The notes beneath the pieces are model-generated. The model had not been told where the DNA came from, made no database searches, and saw only the letters and a list, made by a program, of their open reading frames with translations. The translations under genes and the position numbers were made by a program. This document shows positions 1 to 9,970 of a stretch of 64,000 nt of DNA, in pieces (positions within the stretch are counted from its first letter, which is position 1; each line of letters begins with the position of its first letter). The DNA lies in the NCBI GenBank assembly GCA_963771465.1, contig CAVYTU010000015.1, forward strand, positions 288,001-352,000, in the 5' to 3' direction. Source of the stretch: an uncultured delta proteobacterium (GTDB taxonomy: Bacteria; Desulfobacterota; Binatia; UBA9968).

Positions 1-55
1 GGCAACCAGCAAGTTGGGGAAATTGATCGGTGCGTCCATCGGAAATGTCGCTCGA

Positions 56-439
56 CTATTTTGCGCCTTGGGAACCCGCCCGGCCATAACGGTCTTCGAG
101 GCGCACCACATCGTCGAGCTCCGGCGTAGAGACTTCCAAGACATCGCAGTCTTCCAGCGCGATCATACGATGCTTCATGCCCGGGGTAATGTGCAGACAT
201 TGGCCCGGGGTGAGCCGCAGCTTACCCCGTTCGCCGTTGCTTTCGATATCCATTTCGAGCCACCCCGAGAGTAAACGAATCGTTTCGTCTTTGACGACGT
301 GATACTGGTAGCTCAGCGACTCGCCCTTTTTGATGTGCAGAACCTTGCCGACATAGCGCTCGGTGTGCGCCCAGATCAGTTCGTGGCCCCACGGTTTGTC
401 GACGACTTCTCCCGAATGTAAAAGCTGTGTTACAGGCAT
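56..439 (-). CDS. Cupin-domain protein (mannose-6-phosphate isomerase type II C-terminal-like)
   Basis: KPWGHE, SLSYQYH..KDET and PGMKHRM cupin motifs; ATG at 439 preferred over the ORF start at 466. Confidence 0.85.
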   Translation of the reverse strand: MPVTQLLHSGEVVDKPWGHELIWAHTERYVGKVLHIKKGESLSYQYHVVKDETIRLLSGWLEMDIESNGERGKLRLTPGQCLHITPGMKHRMIALEDCDVLEVSTPELDDVVRLEDRYGRAGSQGAK

Positions 440-594
440 GAACCGTATGATACCAGATTCCGCCATCCGGGGGAATCAATCCTTCACCAATGCGCGGCAA
501 AACCAGCTCATGGGCCAACGGCTTGCAGTCACCTCCGAATCATTTGCCCACGCCGGCAATTCGACGAGATACTATTGCCGGCCAAACGTCCCAT

Positions 595-1830
595 TCACGA
601 GCGACGAGCGATCGGCACCTCGGTGCGAGCATCACGCGCGTACAAGTAAGCCAAGGCGATTAGCGAAAAAAAGAAAATGCGCGATTCATGATGGTAAAAC
701 GGCACGTCGCCGAGGCCGGAGACCAGAGCCGCGCTCCAAGATGCGGCGAGCGCGATGCCAACTACCGCGTCCGGTGCACTCGACGCACGCACACCGCGCA
801 GTAGGCGGTGCAGGATATCTCCGGCGAGCCAGAGAAAAATCGTCAGACCCACGAATCCGGTTTCGACAAAAAGCTCAATATAAACGTTATGGGTATGCCA
901 GATTGGGCTGTTCTCGTCGACCGTTCCCTGGTAGCGCTGGCGCAGCGCCTCTTTCAGTCGCCCGCGGCCAAAGCCAATGCCAAGGACCGGCTTATCCATG
1001 GCGAGTCGCATGGCATCGTTCGCAACTTGTACCCGATCGCTAATCGATGGATCGCTCTGTGGCCGTAGCAGCGTGGCCGCGCGCTGGCGCAGCGACGGAA
1101 AAGCGGCGACGCTGACGGCGGCAAGTAAAAGGATACCGATCAAAAACTTCCATTTTTTGGCGAGGGAACCGAAAACGATTATTGCGACGCTCGAACCGAG
1201 CCACGCGCCGCGCGAATAGGTTAACATCAGAGCCGGCAATTGCGCAGCAAGCGAAACCAACGCGATGCCGCGCCACCAACCGCCCTCGGCGCTTACGGCG
1301 AGCAAACAAAACGGCAGACTCATCGACAGCAAGTACCCAGCGGTGTTCGGGTGATCCAACGGAAAGCCGAACCGCGACGCGACATCGAAGCTAAACACAC
1401 CCGGGTCGTGAAAAAAACCGCGGGCAACCAGCACCAAAGGCGCGACTCCCATAGCATAAATCAGCCATTTTCGCCGCGCTGGTTTGGCGAACAGATCGGC
1501 GACCATCAAGGCGTGCGCGCAGGCAAAAACGAAATACCGATAGTCACCGGCGACGCGCAGGTTGGGCAGCAACGAGATTGTGACGATCAGGAAGAACGCA
1601 AACAGCGGCGCCCATGGAGCCAGCTTAGCCCAGTCGAGCCGCGGCCGGCCTCGACTTAGCAATATAAGCAATCGATAAATGATCCAGAAAAAAAACGTCG
1701 TGCGCGAAACGCTCCACGCGCTCATGCTTGCTTTAGCGGTAAACTCGATACGGCCAACGCCGAGCAGGATGGTGGCCACGCAGAGCCCGGCGAAAGTCCC
1801 CTTCTCGCACAGATCCACAAGTTTTTGCAT
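595..1830 (-). CDS. O-antigen ligase (WaaL/Wzy_C) family membrane protein
   Basis: Multiple TM segments; HPNTAGY, LTYSRGAWLG, PVLGIGFG and HTHNVYIELFVETG motifs; start uncertain (1830 or 1899). Confidence 0.88.
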   Translation of the reverse strand: MQKLVDLCEKGTFAGLCVATILLGVGRIEFTAKASMSAWSVSRTTFFFWIIYRLLILLSRGRPRLDWAKLAPWAPLFAFFLIVTISLLPNLRVAGDYRYFVFACAHALMVADLFAKPARRKWLIYAMGVAPLVLVARGFFHDPGVFSFDVASRFGFPLDHPNTAGYLLSMSLPFCLLAVSAEGGWWRGIALVSLAAQLPALMLTYSRGAWLGSSVAIIVFGSLAKKWKFLIGILLLAAVSVAAFPSLRQRAATLLRPQSDPSISDRVQVANDAMRLAMDKPVLGIGFGRGRLKEALRQRYQGTVDENSPIWHTHNVYIELFVETGFVGLTIFLWLAGDILHRLLRGVRASSAPDAVVGIALAASWSAALVSGLGDVPFYHHESRIFFFSLIALAYLYARDARTEVPIARRS

Positions 1831-1915
1831 GGATCGAGCAGGCGAGCTAGGTAACGGGATGAATTGAATGTTGTCGGCTCCGGCGGTGGCGGACAGCAAC
1901 CGCTAATGATGCTTT

Positions 1916-3310
1916 TTACGATCGTCGCGGAAACCACCCGAGAATCGTTAGATAGAGAATTTTAACATCGCGCCATAACGACCAGTTCTCGATGTAGTCG
2001 AGATCGTAGCGTATGCGGTTCGCTAGTGAGGTGTTGCCGCGCCAGCCATGAACTTGCGCCCAGCCGGTCATGCCGGCTTTTACTTTATGGCGCAGCATAT
2101 ACTTGGGAATCGTCTTACGAAACTCGTCGATCAACGGTGGTCGTTCGGGTCGCGGTCCAACCAGACTCATCTCGCCGCGTAAAACATTGATCAGCTGCGG
2201 TAATTCATCGAAGCTCCAGTGCCGTAGCCACCGACCCAAGGAAGTAATGCGAGGATCTTCATCCGCCGCCCACACCGGTCCGGTGTGCCGCTCCGCGTCA
2301 TTGACCATGGTGCGGAATTTGAGCATTTGAAATCTCTGGCCGTCCAACCCCATACGTTCCTGCCGATAGAGTACAGGCCCCGGTGACGAGCAGCGAATCG
2401 CCAGCGCTACCAATGCCATGACCGGCGCGCAGATCAGCAGGGCCAAGCCGCCGGCGACAAGATCGACGCCGCGCTTCAACAGTGAATTCCAACCGGTGAG
2501 CGGCGATGACTGCAAGGTCACAATCTGCAGTCCGTCGAAATCTTCGATATAGCCGCCCAATGTCGCCAGCGCGTGAAGATCGGGAACAAAATGGAGCGTC
2601 ACCGGTTCATCGCCTAACCATTCTTGAATTTCACGCAACTTGGCGGCCTGCTCCAAGGGCAAGGCAACAAAGACCTGATCGATCTCGCCGGATCGAACCG
2701 CCTGCGTCAGTTGGTTTGGATTATTTATTCGCTCTGCGTCGGTCGCTAATGTCGAATCATCGGCATCGTCGAGCAAAAATAACCCGCGTACCCTTAAACC
2801 GAGATATCGATAGGCTTTAATGCGCGCGAGTAAAGCCTCGACCTGGGCTGCGGCGCCAATAATCAGCACGTGGCGCAGATTGTAGCCGCGGCGGCGCGCG
2901 ATTCTGAGTGCTTCGCGAAAGAAAATATGACTGAGACTCAAGAAAAATAAACTGGAAAACCAGAAAACCACGACCACGATACGCGACAGGATCAATTCGT
3001 GCAGTAGAAAGATAATTCCTAAAAAGACCATTGCGGCCAGGCCGGAAGCCTTGATGAGCTCGACTGTTTCATGCTGGTGCGTCGACAAACGGCGCGGCCG
3101 GTAAAAGTCGCAAAGCTCGAAGACGATTGCCCACACGCCGAGAATCACCAGCCACGCGGTCACATAATGACGCAGCACATAGGGCTCCGCTTCGATGAAA
3201 AGATTCGTATGAAAGCGCAGCACGAAAGCGCACCACCAAGCCATACTGACGAAGCAGAGATCACTCGCCAACAACAATCCCTTGAATAGTTCGCTATGAG
3301 TTTTCAGCAT
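1916..3310 (-). CDS. wcaJ: Undecaprenyl-phosphate glucose phosphotransferase (priming glycosyltransferase)
   Basis: N-terminal TMs; LKRGVD, KFRTM, DELPQLINVLRGEMSLVGPRPE and GMTGWAQV motifs. Confidence 0.92.
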   Translation of the reverse strand: MLKTHSELFKGLLLASDLCFVSMAWWCAFVLRFHTNLFIEAEPYVLRHYVTAWLVILGVWAIVFELCDFYRPRRLSTHQHETVELIKASGLAAMVFLGIIFLLHELILSRIVVVVFWFSSLFFLSLSHIFFREALRIARRRGYNLRHVLIIGAAAQVEALLARIKAYRYLGLRVRGLFLLDDADDSTLATDAERINNPNQLTQAVRSGEIDQVFVALPLEQAAKLREIQEWLGDEPVTLHFVPDLHALATLGGYIEDFDGLQIVTLQSSPLTGWNSLLKRGVDLVAGGLALLICAPVMALVALAIRCSSPGPVLYRQERMGLDGQRFQMLKFRTMVNDAERHTGPVWAADEDPRITSLGRWLRHWSFDELPQLINVLRGEMSLVGPRPERPPLIDEFRKTIPKYMLRHKVKAGMTGWAQVHGWRGNTSLANRIRYDLDYIENWSLWRDVKILYLTILGWFPRRS

Positions 3311-3313
3311 GGT

Positions 3314-4444
3314 TCAAGAATCGCCGCGATATTGACTGAGACAACGTTCGACATGCTCGACAATTTCACGCTTGAATCGGTCTCGGCCGAACTTACCCGC
3401 ATGTTCACGAATGGAGTGGGAGTTAAATTGATGTTTGTTTTGCTCAAAAAGCCGCACCGCCGCGACTAGGCTTTCGATATTCTGTTCGTCAAAAAAAAAC
3501 CCCGTGGGATGCGCCGCGGGTAACAAGCCATCCAGCCCGACAACGGTTTCCAGCAAGCCGCCGCGTTTAAACGCGATCACCGGCCGGCCGCTCGCCTGCG
3601 CCTCTAAAGGAGCGATACCGAAGTCTTCCTCTCCGGGAAAAATAAAGGCTTGGCACGTCGCATAGAGTTCGGCCAGTCTGACATCGTCCTGCCAACCGAG
3701 GAATTCAATGTTGGTATTGGCTTGCCGCGCCAAGCTAGCGCGCAGCGGCCCTGCGCCGACGATCTTTAGTGGTATTTGTAACGCATTGAAGGCCCCAACG
3801 GCAATATCGATACGCTTGTAGGGCACCAGCGCCGATACGATTAGATAAAATGATTTTAATTCACGGTCGATGTGGAAGCGCGTCAAATCCACCGGCGGAT
3901 AGATCACTGTGGCCGTTCGTCCGTAAAATCGGTCGATCTTTGCCGCGATGTTTTTCGAAATCGCCATAAAACAATCCACCCGCGCCGAGCTGCGCACGTC
4001 CCAGCGCTGCAAATAAGAACGGCACAGCGCCAATCCGGTGCGGTTCATCATCGAACCGTTGGCGCCGTCAAGGTAAGCGTCGTGGAGATCCCACACATAA
4101 CGCATCGGCGTGTAAGTATAGGCGAGATGGAGCGCGCGATGGGGAAACACACCCTTGGCCACACAGTGGCTGCTCGAGAGAATCAAGTCATAAGAGCCGA
4201 GATCGAATCCCTCGATGGCATGGGGGAAAAGCGGCAGCAAATAGCGAAAATGCTTTTGCGCTGCGGGCAATCGATTTAACCAGGACGTGCGAACGTTCAT
4301 GCGCCGAATCGTCGCTGAAACACTCTCCGGCGCATAGACCAGCGTGTAGAGATCGGCCTCAGGGTACAGCTCGCAAAAGACTTCGAGACATTTCTCGCCG
4401 CCGCGCATGCCGACCAGCCAATCGTGAATCAAAGCGACCTTCAT
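3314..4444 (-). CDS. Glycosyltransferase family 4
   Basis: MKVALIHDWL..GGEK start and EDFGIAPLEAQASG motif. Confidence 0.92.
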   Translation of the reverse strand: MKVALIHDWLVGMRGGEKCLEVFCELYPEADLYTLVYAPESVSATIRRMNVRTSWLNRLPAAQKHFRYLLPLFPHAIEGFDLGSYDLILSSSHCVAKGVFPHRALHLAYTYTPMRYVWDLHDAYLDGANGSMMNRTGLALCRSYLQRWDVRSSARVDCFMAISKNIAAKIDRFYGRTATVIYPPVDLTRFHIDRELKSFYLIVSALVPYKRIDIAVGAFNALQIPLKIVGAGPLRASLARQANTNIEFLGWQDDVRLAELYATCQAFIFPGEEDFGIAPLEAQASGRPVIAFKRGGLLETVVGLDGLLPAAHPTGFFFDEQNIESLVAAVRLFEQNKHQFNSHSIREHAGKFGRDRFKREIVEHVERCLSQYRGDS

Positions 4445-4489
4445 GGGCAATCCGATTGGAATTGGAGCATCGCGCAAATTTGCGAGCGG

Positions 4490-5407
4490 CTATCTTGCAA
4501 CGATCGTCCGTGGCAAGCTTTCTTTGTCCCGCGATACCCCTTGCAGCTTCTCCGCCTCAGCGCGGCTCGCCAATCGACCGACTCGAACCCGATGGAACTT
4601 TTTCCCGTGGATGTCCACCACCACGACAAACGGCTCGTAGCCCTTATCGGACAACTTATTGGCGATCCTTGCCGCTGTCTTATTTTCCGGGTAAGAACCC
4701 ACCTGCACGAACCAAGCGTCACCGGTTGTTTGGCCAACGGCCGTGGTTCCGGTGGGCTGCCCTTGCGCGTTAAGACCTATGGTACTTTGCGCCGATTTCG
4801 ACGCCGACTTCTTGTCTCGGTCCGGTAATTCGTCAACGCGCTTCGACACAACCGACTTAGCACTCTTCATCGCGCCCGCCCCGGACGCGGCGGACGAATC
4901 CTGCTCAGCTTCTTTCGTCGCCAATGATGCAGATGGCGCAACGGTGACGGGAAGCGACAGCGCTGCGCCACCCTTTTCGTCGAACCATGCGAAACCTTCC
5001 TGCACCAGCGTAACGTCAATGACATAGCGGCCCGGCCGCGCCGGCGCCGCAATATTCATCTTGAGCCGAACCGATTCGCCCGGCGCCAGATCTTGCGGCA
5101 GCGGCGTTCTCAGTCCATCCGCGACTATGACTTTGCCCTTGAGATCCTTCCAGCGGTAGGAAAGATTCACATTGTTACGATTCTTGGCGTTGGCCCGGCT
5201 GGGCCAAGTGTTCTTGCTGATGTTACGAATAACCACGTCGCCGACAACGTCCTTCCCCGCCGACATTCTGTTCGGAATTGTATTTTCCAGAAATTCAACG
5301 GCGAAGCCTGAATCGGGCAACCGCCTCGCTTCACCGCCACCGCAAGCCCCGAGGGTGAAGGATGCCAATGCTACGAGAATGGCTTTGATCAATACCGACC
5401 GGTTCAC
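4490..5407 (-). CDS. Predicted lipoprotein with Ig-like (NBR1-type) domain and C-terminal SPOR domain
   Basis: Lipobox LGAC; LSYRW..DGLRTPLPQDLAPGE..APARPGRY Ig-like segment; WFVQVGSY..FHRVRVG SPOR motif. Confidence 0.8.
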   Translation of the reverse strand: MNRSVLIKAILVALASFTLGACGGGEARRLPDSGFAVEFLENTIPNRMSAGKDVVGDVVIRNISKNTWPSRANAKNRNNVNLSYRWKDLKGKVIVADGLRTPLPQDLAPGESVRLKMNIAAPARPGRYVIDVTLVQEGFAWFDEKGGAALSLPVTVAPSASLATKEAEQDSSAASGAGAMKSAKSVVSKRVDELPDRDKKSASKSAQSTIGLNAQGQPTGTTAVGQTTGDAWFVQVGSYPENKTAARIANKLSDKGYEPFVVVVDIHGKKFHRVRVGRLASRAEAEKLQGVSRDKESLPRTIVAR

Positions 5408-5789
5408 CCGCTAACCTCGTATGTGCTCAATACATGAGTCGCGGCGCGCCGGTCTTTGGAGTTGAGCTTGCTCGGGCAAGGCATGTGGTCAACGCTCATT
5501 GACTGCCAGTTTTAGAGACAACTATCATGGCCGAAGCAATCCAATGCAACACATCGCGTTTTTTTGCCACGCGGAAAATTCCATCTACAATGATTGTCTA
5601 CCGAATGATGAAATTTAATCTATCGCGATTTGTGCAGAGTGTGCAACCAAAAATCCCAAAGCGTAATCACGTACTATCGCCCCAAAGATTGATTTTCGCC
5701 GATACTTCAGTACGATCACGGCGTGGTACCGGCAGTTCCGTTTGACGCGAGTTTGGCTTCGCCATTCTCTCATTTTCGATTCACCTCTC

Positions 5790-6384
5790 TTCTGGACTTG
5801 GCAAGCCCAGAGGAGGGGCTGCGAAATCCCTTGGACCTTTCTCACTCACTGAAGCACCGGGATGGTTTCACTCTCGATCAAGGGATCGGCCTCTGGCTCC
5901 AATACACGTCCTCATCGTTAAAGTCGACGTCGGCGAAGCCACGCGCGATCATTAGTTACGATGATATCCGAAAAACGAAATGACCTAATAAAGCTGCTCT
6001 GCAAAATCACCGGAAACCATTCTCTTTCCGAGGATACCTTTAATACGATCAAAGGGCTCATTGATCATGATTTGCGCCACCATATACCGCATCGACGCAG
6101 GATTGGAAAATTCTCAGTGAAACTTGCCGGCGCACGCGCTTTTTTCAGCCTTGCATCTTCCTAGTCGAGTAAGCGAAGTCTCGGCAGATCGGACAATTGC
6201 TGTCGATCAGGAACTCCAGGCAGCTTTCGACAATCTCGCGGTTGTCGTCACTCAGGCTCACTACAATCGAATCATCGAGTTGAATGATGCGATTGCCAAG
6301 AAGGACCAATACGCTCGCGACTTGGAGATCCTAACCGCCCAACAAGGAAGGCTTTGCTGGCTTACTACAAAATGCGAGATTTGA
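5790..6384 (+). pseudogene. Degraded sulfotransferase-family domain followed by a coiled-coil fragment
   Basis: RNPLDLSHSLKHRDGFTLDQGIGLWLQY..PRAIISYDD, then IDHDLRHH in another frame, then heptad-like RIIELNDAIAKKDQYARDLEIL; no intact N-terminus. Confidence 0.6.
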
Positions 6385-6394
6385 TTTTTTCCCA

Positions 6395-7630
6395 GGCTGC
6401 ACGTTGATCACAAATGGATAGATCTTGTCCCAGGGCTTTTTGACAAGGTTATGATACTCAGGGACCCGGGATATGACGTAGCTTATTGGAACCTACACAA
6501 TCGCTCGATCCGCGTTTTAGAGGGAAGAGTCGTCGTCAACGGCGGCCCTTGTCGACTTTTTTCATTTCAGCGGATTCGATCCTTCTAATCCTTCCGTATC
6601 TCCAAACATCAGAACCGGTTTTAGTATGAAAGACATTGGCGACGGCGCTCGACTCTTCGAGCAATATAGCGAACTCGTTAATGCGAACGGCTATCAGAAT
6701 TCGCACGGCTGGCCCTATGCATTCGGGTATTTCAACAATGGCGTCAAGATCCCAGACATTGCGCGGCGAATGTATCACCGGTTAGGCAAAGATCGGAGAA
6801 AATTTGGCAACCCATTCGCGACCGAGTCAAAAAACTGTTTCTTGAACTGGCTCAATTCGCCTGCGGACGGGACTGCGCAGTCCGGCGAGTTAGTTGTGGG
6901 CCGAGATTTATTCGACAAGACCGGATGTACAAAACGCGTTTCCTGATCCGTGTGGCCGGGACAATCTGGCATTTCATCGCTGGGTTGTAAGTACCGGAAT
7001 GCACCAACACCAAATCGACGAACGCCTCATTCGCCAGGGGCCGCATTCCGACGTCCCTGTTCCCCTGCAACGATCACCTGTGCGTTTATTACGCAACTCT
7101 ACGTCAACTATATTCGCTCTTGGGGAAGCGGTTCTAAGGACTCCCTTGAAACGTACAATCGGTCGCCACCACCATGTTCGGACCGCGCTCAAGAAAGCGC
7201 GCAACCGATTGATATTTGGCAAGCAGTCTTCTGCGAGTACGCTGAAACATAATCGGGGGATCATTGGTCCGCGCGCCTTCGGAGTCAATCTCGCGGGTCA
7301 TTTTAGATCTGAGAAGGGTGTGGGAGAAGCCGCACGGGCCGCGGCTCGGGCCTTAGAAGCCGCGTCGATTCCGTTCGCCTTAAACGATGTCGTTGAATCT
7401 GGGTCAATCAACCAAGACTCGGGCTTCACAAAATTCACTGACGATAACCCTTACAACGTCAACTTGCTGCATATCAATGCTGACCAGGTTCCAATCGTTG
7501 CTATGCAAAAAGGTAACGACTATTTCAAAGGACGCTACAACATCGGTTGTTGGTTTTGGGAACTTTCGCAATTCCCGGAGGAATGGTATTCAAGTTTCGC
7601 CTACTTCAACGAACTCTGGGCGCCCACTAG
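6395..7630 (+). pseudogene. Fragmented multidomain glycosyltransferase (GT-A-like domain plus start of a GT4 domain)
   Basis: DHKWIDLVPGLF..ILRDPGYDVAYWNLHNR / FHFSGFDP / SKHQNRF / RPDVQNAFPD / GVNLAGHFRSEKGVGEAAR..IGCWFWEL..ELWAPT across several frames; truncated at both ends. Confidence 0.8.
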
Positions 7631-7722
7631 CTTGAGCATCGCTTTTGATAGCTTGCAAGCGTTGCCGAACCGCTAACGACCGCGCGCTTCGATTACGGGG
7701 AGCATCAACATAGCTGTTTGAA

Positions 7723-8712
7723 TCAACCTGCGATGAATTGCCGAATTTTTTGCCGAACGAAATCCCAGGTAAACATCGATGTCATTAGCGTGCGAAGGTA
7801 CCCGTTCGATACCCGCCGCCGCGCCTGAATCGTTCGCCGTTTCTTCCACATGACGGGCAGCATCTTCAGCGCATCCCGTTTGGCTCTCAGATAGGGCACC
7901 AATTTCCCGTGCCGCAGGCAGAGATAGCAAAACGAACCGATCTCTTGAAGCAATTTCTCGTGCGCGAATCGGAGCATCAAACCTAGCGGCATATTTTTAA
8001 TCCAGACAAATTCCAAATTGCGTGTGTGATAATAAACATGCGTTTCGCTAAGGCGACCCGAAGTGGCATTGCCCTTGTGATACGCGACCGCGTTCGGCAC
8101 GTAGACGCACTTCCAACCCGCATGCTGCGCCCGAAAGCTCAAGTCCGCGTCTTCGTCGTACAGAAAAAAATCCTCGTCCAGAAAACCGATCTCTTCGATC
8201 ATCCGGTGCCGGTAGAGCACAGCGGCCCCACAAGCACCGAACACCCGACTCGGAGAGGCGAACCCTTCGGCACCTTGATTCAGACCTTGATTAAACCCCA
8301 CAGCCGCCGTGGTTATACCACCGCCCGCACTATCGAAAGATCCATCCGCTTCAAATAGAATCCTTGATGCACAAATGCCCACATTCCGGTCAGCGAGCAT
8401 CGGCTGAATCAGGTTTTCAAGCCATCTCTCGTGAACACGCGTGTCGTTGTTTACGAGCGCTAAATATTCTCCGTTCGCGACCTTGACACCCGCCGCGTTG
8501 CCGCCGGTAAAGCCGGTATTTTCCCTAAGCTCAATTACATTAACCGCGGGGAATCGTTCCTTTACGTAGCTAACAGAGTCATCAGTCGATCCGTTATCGA
8601 CAAAAATGATTTCACGGTTCGCATAGGTCTGGAACAAAAGAGAGCTCAAACAAACTCGTAAATATCTTTCTCCATTCCAGTTGACGATAATAATGCTGAC
8701 TTTTTTGTTCAT
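7723..8712 (-). CDS. Glycosyltransferase family 2 (rhamnosyltransferase-like)
   Basis: VSIIIVNWNG, VDNGSTD, NNDT and FLDEDFFLYDEDADL motifs. Confidence 0.92.
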   Translation of the reverse strand: MNKKVSIIIVNWNGERYLRVCLSSLLFQTYANREIIFVDNGSTDDSVSYVKERFPAVNVIELRENTGFTGGNAAGVKVANGEYLALVNNDTRVHERWLENLIQPMLADRNVGICASRILFEADGSFDSAGGGITTAAVGFNQGLNQGAEGFASPSRVFGACGAAVLYRHRMIEEIGFLDEDFFLYDEDADLSFRAQHAGWKCVYVPNAVAYHKGNATSGRLSETHVYYHTRNLEFVWIKNMPLGLMLRFAHEKLLQEIGSFCYLCLRHGKLVPYLRAKRDALKMLPVMWKKRRTIQARRRVSNGYLRTLMTSMFTWDFVRQKIRQFIAG

Positions 8713-8991
8713 TCCGAAAGTTATTTTTACTAAACAACCCTATGCCACGCTGTCTAAAACATCTCGACCCCGTGCGACTATGCACTCAGGGCACAATTTG
8801 TTTTACCAGAGAATTAAATGAGTGGTACAACGAACCTGCTCGCAGATTTGGTTAGTCTGGTGACATTGACCCGCTTGTGCTGGACTACTAAGATTTCTCT
8901 CGTAAGTGTCGAAAAAATAGTGATAGGTCATAGTGATTGACTCTGTTGAGATAATTTCAAACAGCTGGCGTACATCGGACGGAACTCGCTA

Positions 8992-9927
8992 TTAACCACT
9001 GGATACCGTCTCCCTGACCCAGACCAAGGTACGTTTAAGACCGTCGTGGAATGTTGTTTTAGGTGCCCAGTGAAGAGCATCTTTAGCGAGGCTAATATCG
9101 AGAACATTCTCCGGCACATCAAAGCTCCTTGAAGGAAGATAACGGCACTTCACGCGTTCGCCGATAAGTTCTTCAATGTCAGCGATTATCTGGTTCAAAC
9201 TTTTGCCGACGCCGGAACCGATATTGAATACTTCGTGCTCTCCCTGGTAATCCATTACGCGGAGAAACGCCTCCACAACATCTGCAATGTAAATATAGTC
9301 CCTCACAACACTACCATCACCCCAAATTTCAATTGTTTCTTTTCGCAACGCCTTGCTCAGAAATACGCTCACAGCTCCTTGCTTTGCCGCCACGCGCTGT
9401 CTCTCACCGTACGGATTGGAGACGCGCAGCACTTTATAATCTAATCCGTGCATTGATTTGAATAGTTTTAGGTACTTTTCTATGGTCAACTTGACGATGC
9501 CGTACGAGACCTCCGGATTCGTCGGGTGGTCTTCCGGAATCGGTATGAGTTTGGGAACACCGTAAATTGTACCTCCGGATGAAATAAACAAAACTTTTTT
9601 GATCCGTTGAGTTACGGCTATGTTTAGCAAGCGCAGCGTTCCGACAAGATTCGTCTCGACATCGTAAATGGGACTTTCATTCGAAGATTTGGGCAACGTA
9701 GTCGAAATTAGGTGAAAAACAATCTGACATCCTGTCACAACCTTTTTTAGATCTTCCTCGTTAGTAAAATCACCCTCACACCATTCGATCCCCTCACGGA
9801 TTGAAGCTGGCGCTGCAATAGCAAGTCTCGGGCGGTCTAAGATTCGCAATTCATGGCCTGCACCCAACAACGCGTCGGTTAGGTGGGATCCGATGAATCC
9901 TCCACCACCAAGGATTAGGCACTTCAC
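8992..9927 (-). CDS. NAD-dependent epimerase/dehydratase (UDP-glucose 4-epimerase-like)
   Basis: GGGGFIG Rossmann motif, SSGGTIYG and YGIVK (YxxxK); GTG start with GGAGG upstream. Confidence 0.92.
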   Translation of the reverse strand: MKCLILGGGGFIGSHLTDALLGAGHELRILDRPRLAIAAPASIREGIEWCEGDFTNEEDLKKVVTGCQIVFHLISTTLPKSSNESPIYDVETNLVGTLRLLNIAVTQRIKKVLFISSGGTIYGVPKLIPIPEDHPTNPEVSYGIVKLTIEKYLKLFKSMHGLDYKVLRVSNPYGERQRVAAKQGAVSVFLSKALRKETIEIWGDGSVVRDYIYIADVVEAFLRVMDYQGEHEVFNIGSGVGKSLNQIIADIEELIGERVKCRYLPSRSFDVPENVLDISLAKDALHWAPKTTFHDGLKRTLVWVRETVSSG

Positions 9928-9970
9928 TTGAAAATTCCTCCCTAAAAAACCGAGGCTAAGGGATGTTCCC

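Noticed and set aside
1-39. Start of a further minus-strand gene (MDAPINFPNLLVA) at the window edge
   Set aside because: Only 13 codons are visible, so it cannot be identified
1905-1945. Possible extra G near the wcaJ 3' end (LGWFPRRS* versus LGGFRDDRKKHH*)
   Set aside because: Both readings give a full-length protein; cannot be decided without homologue alignment or reads
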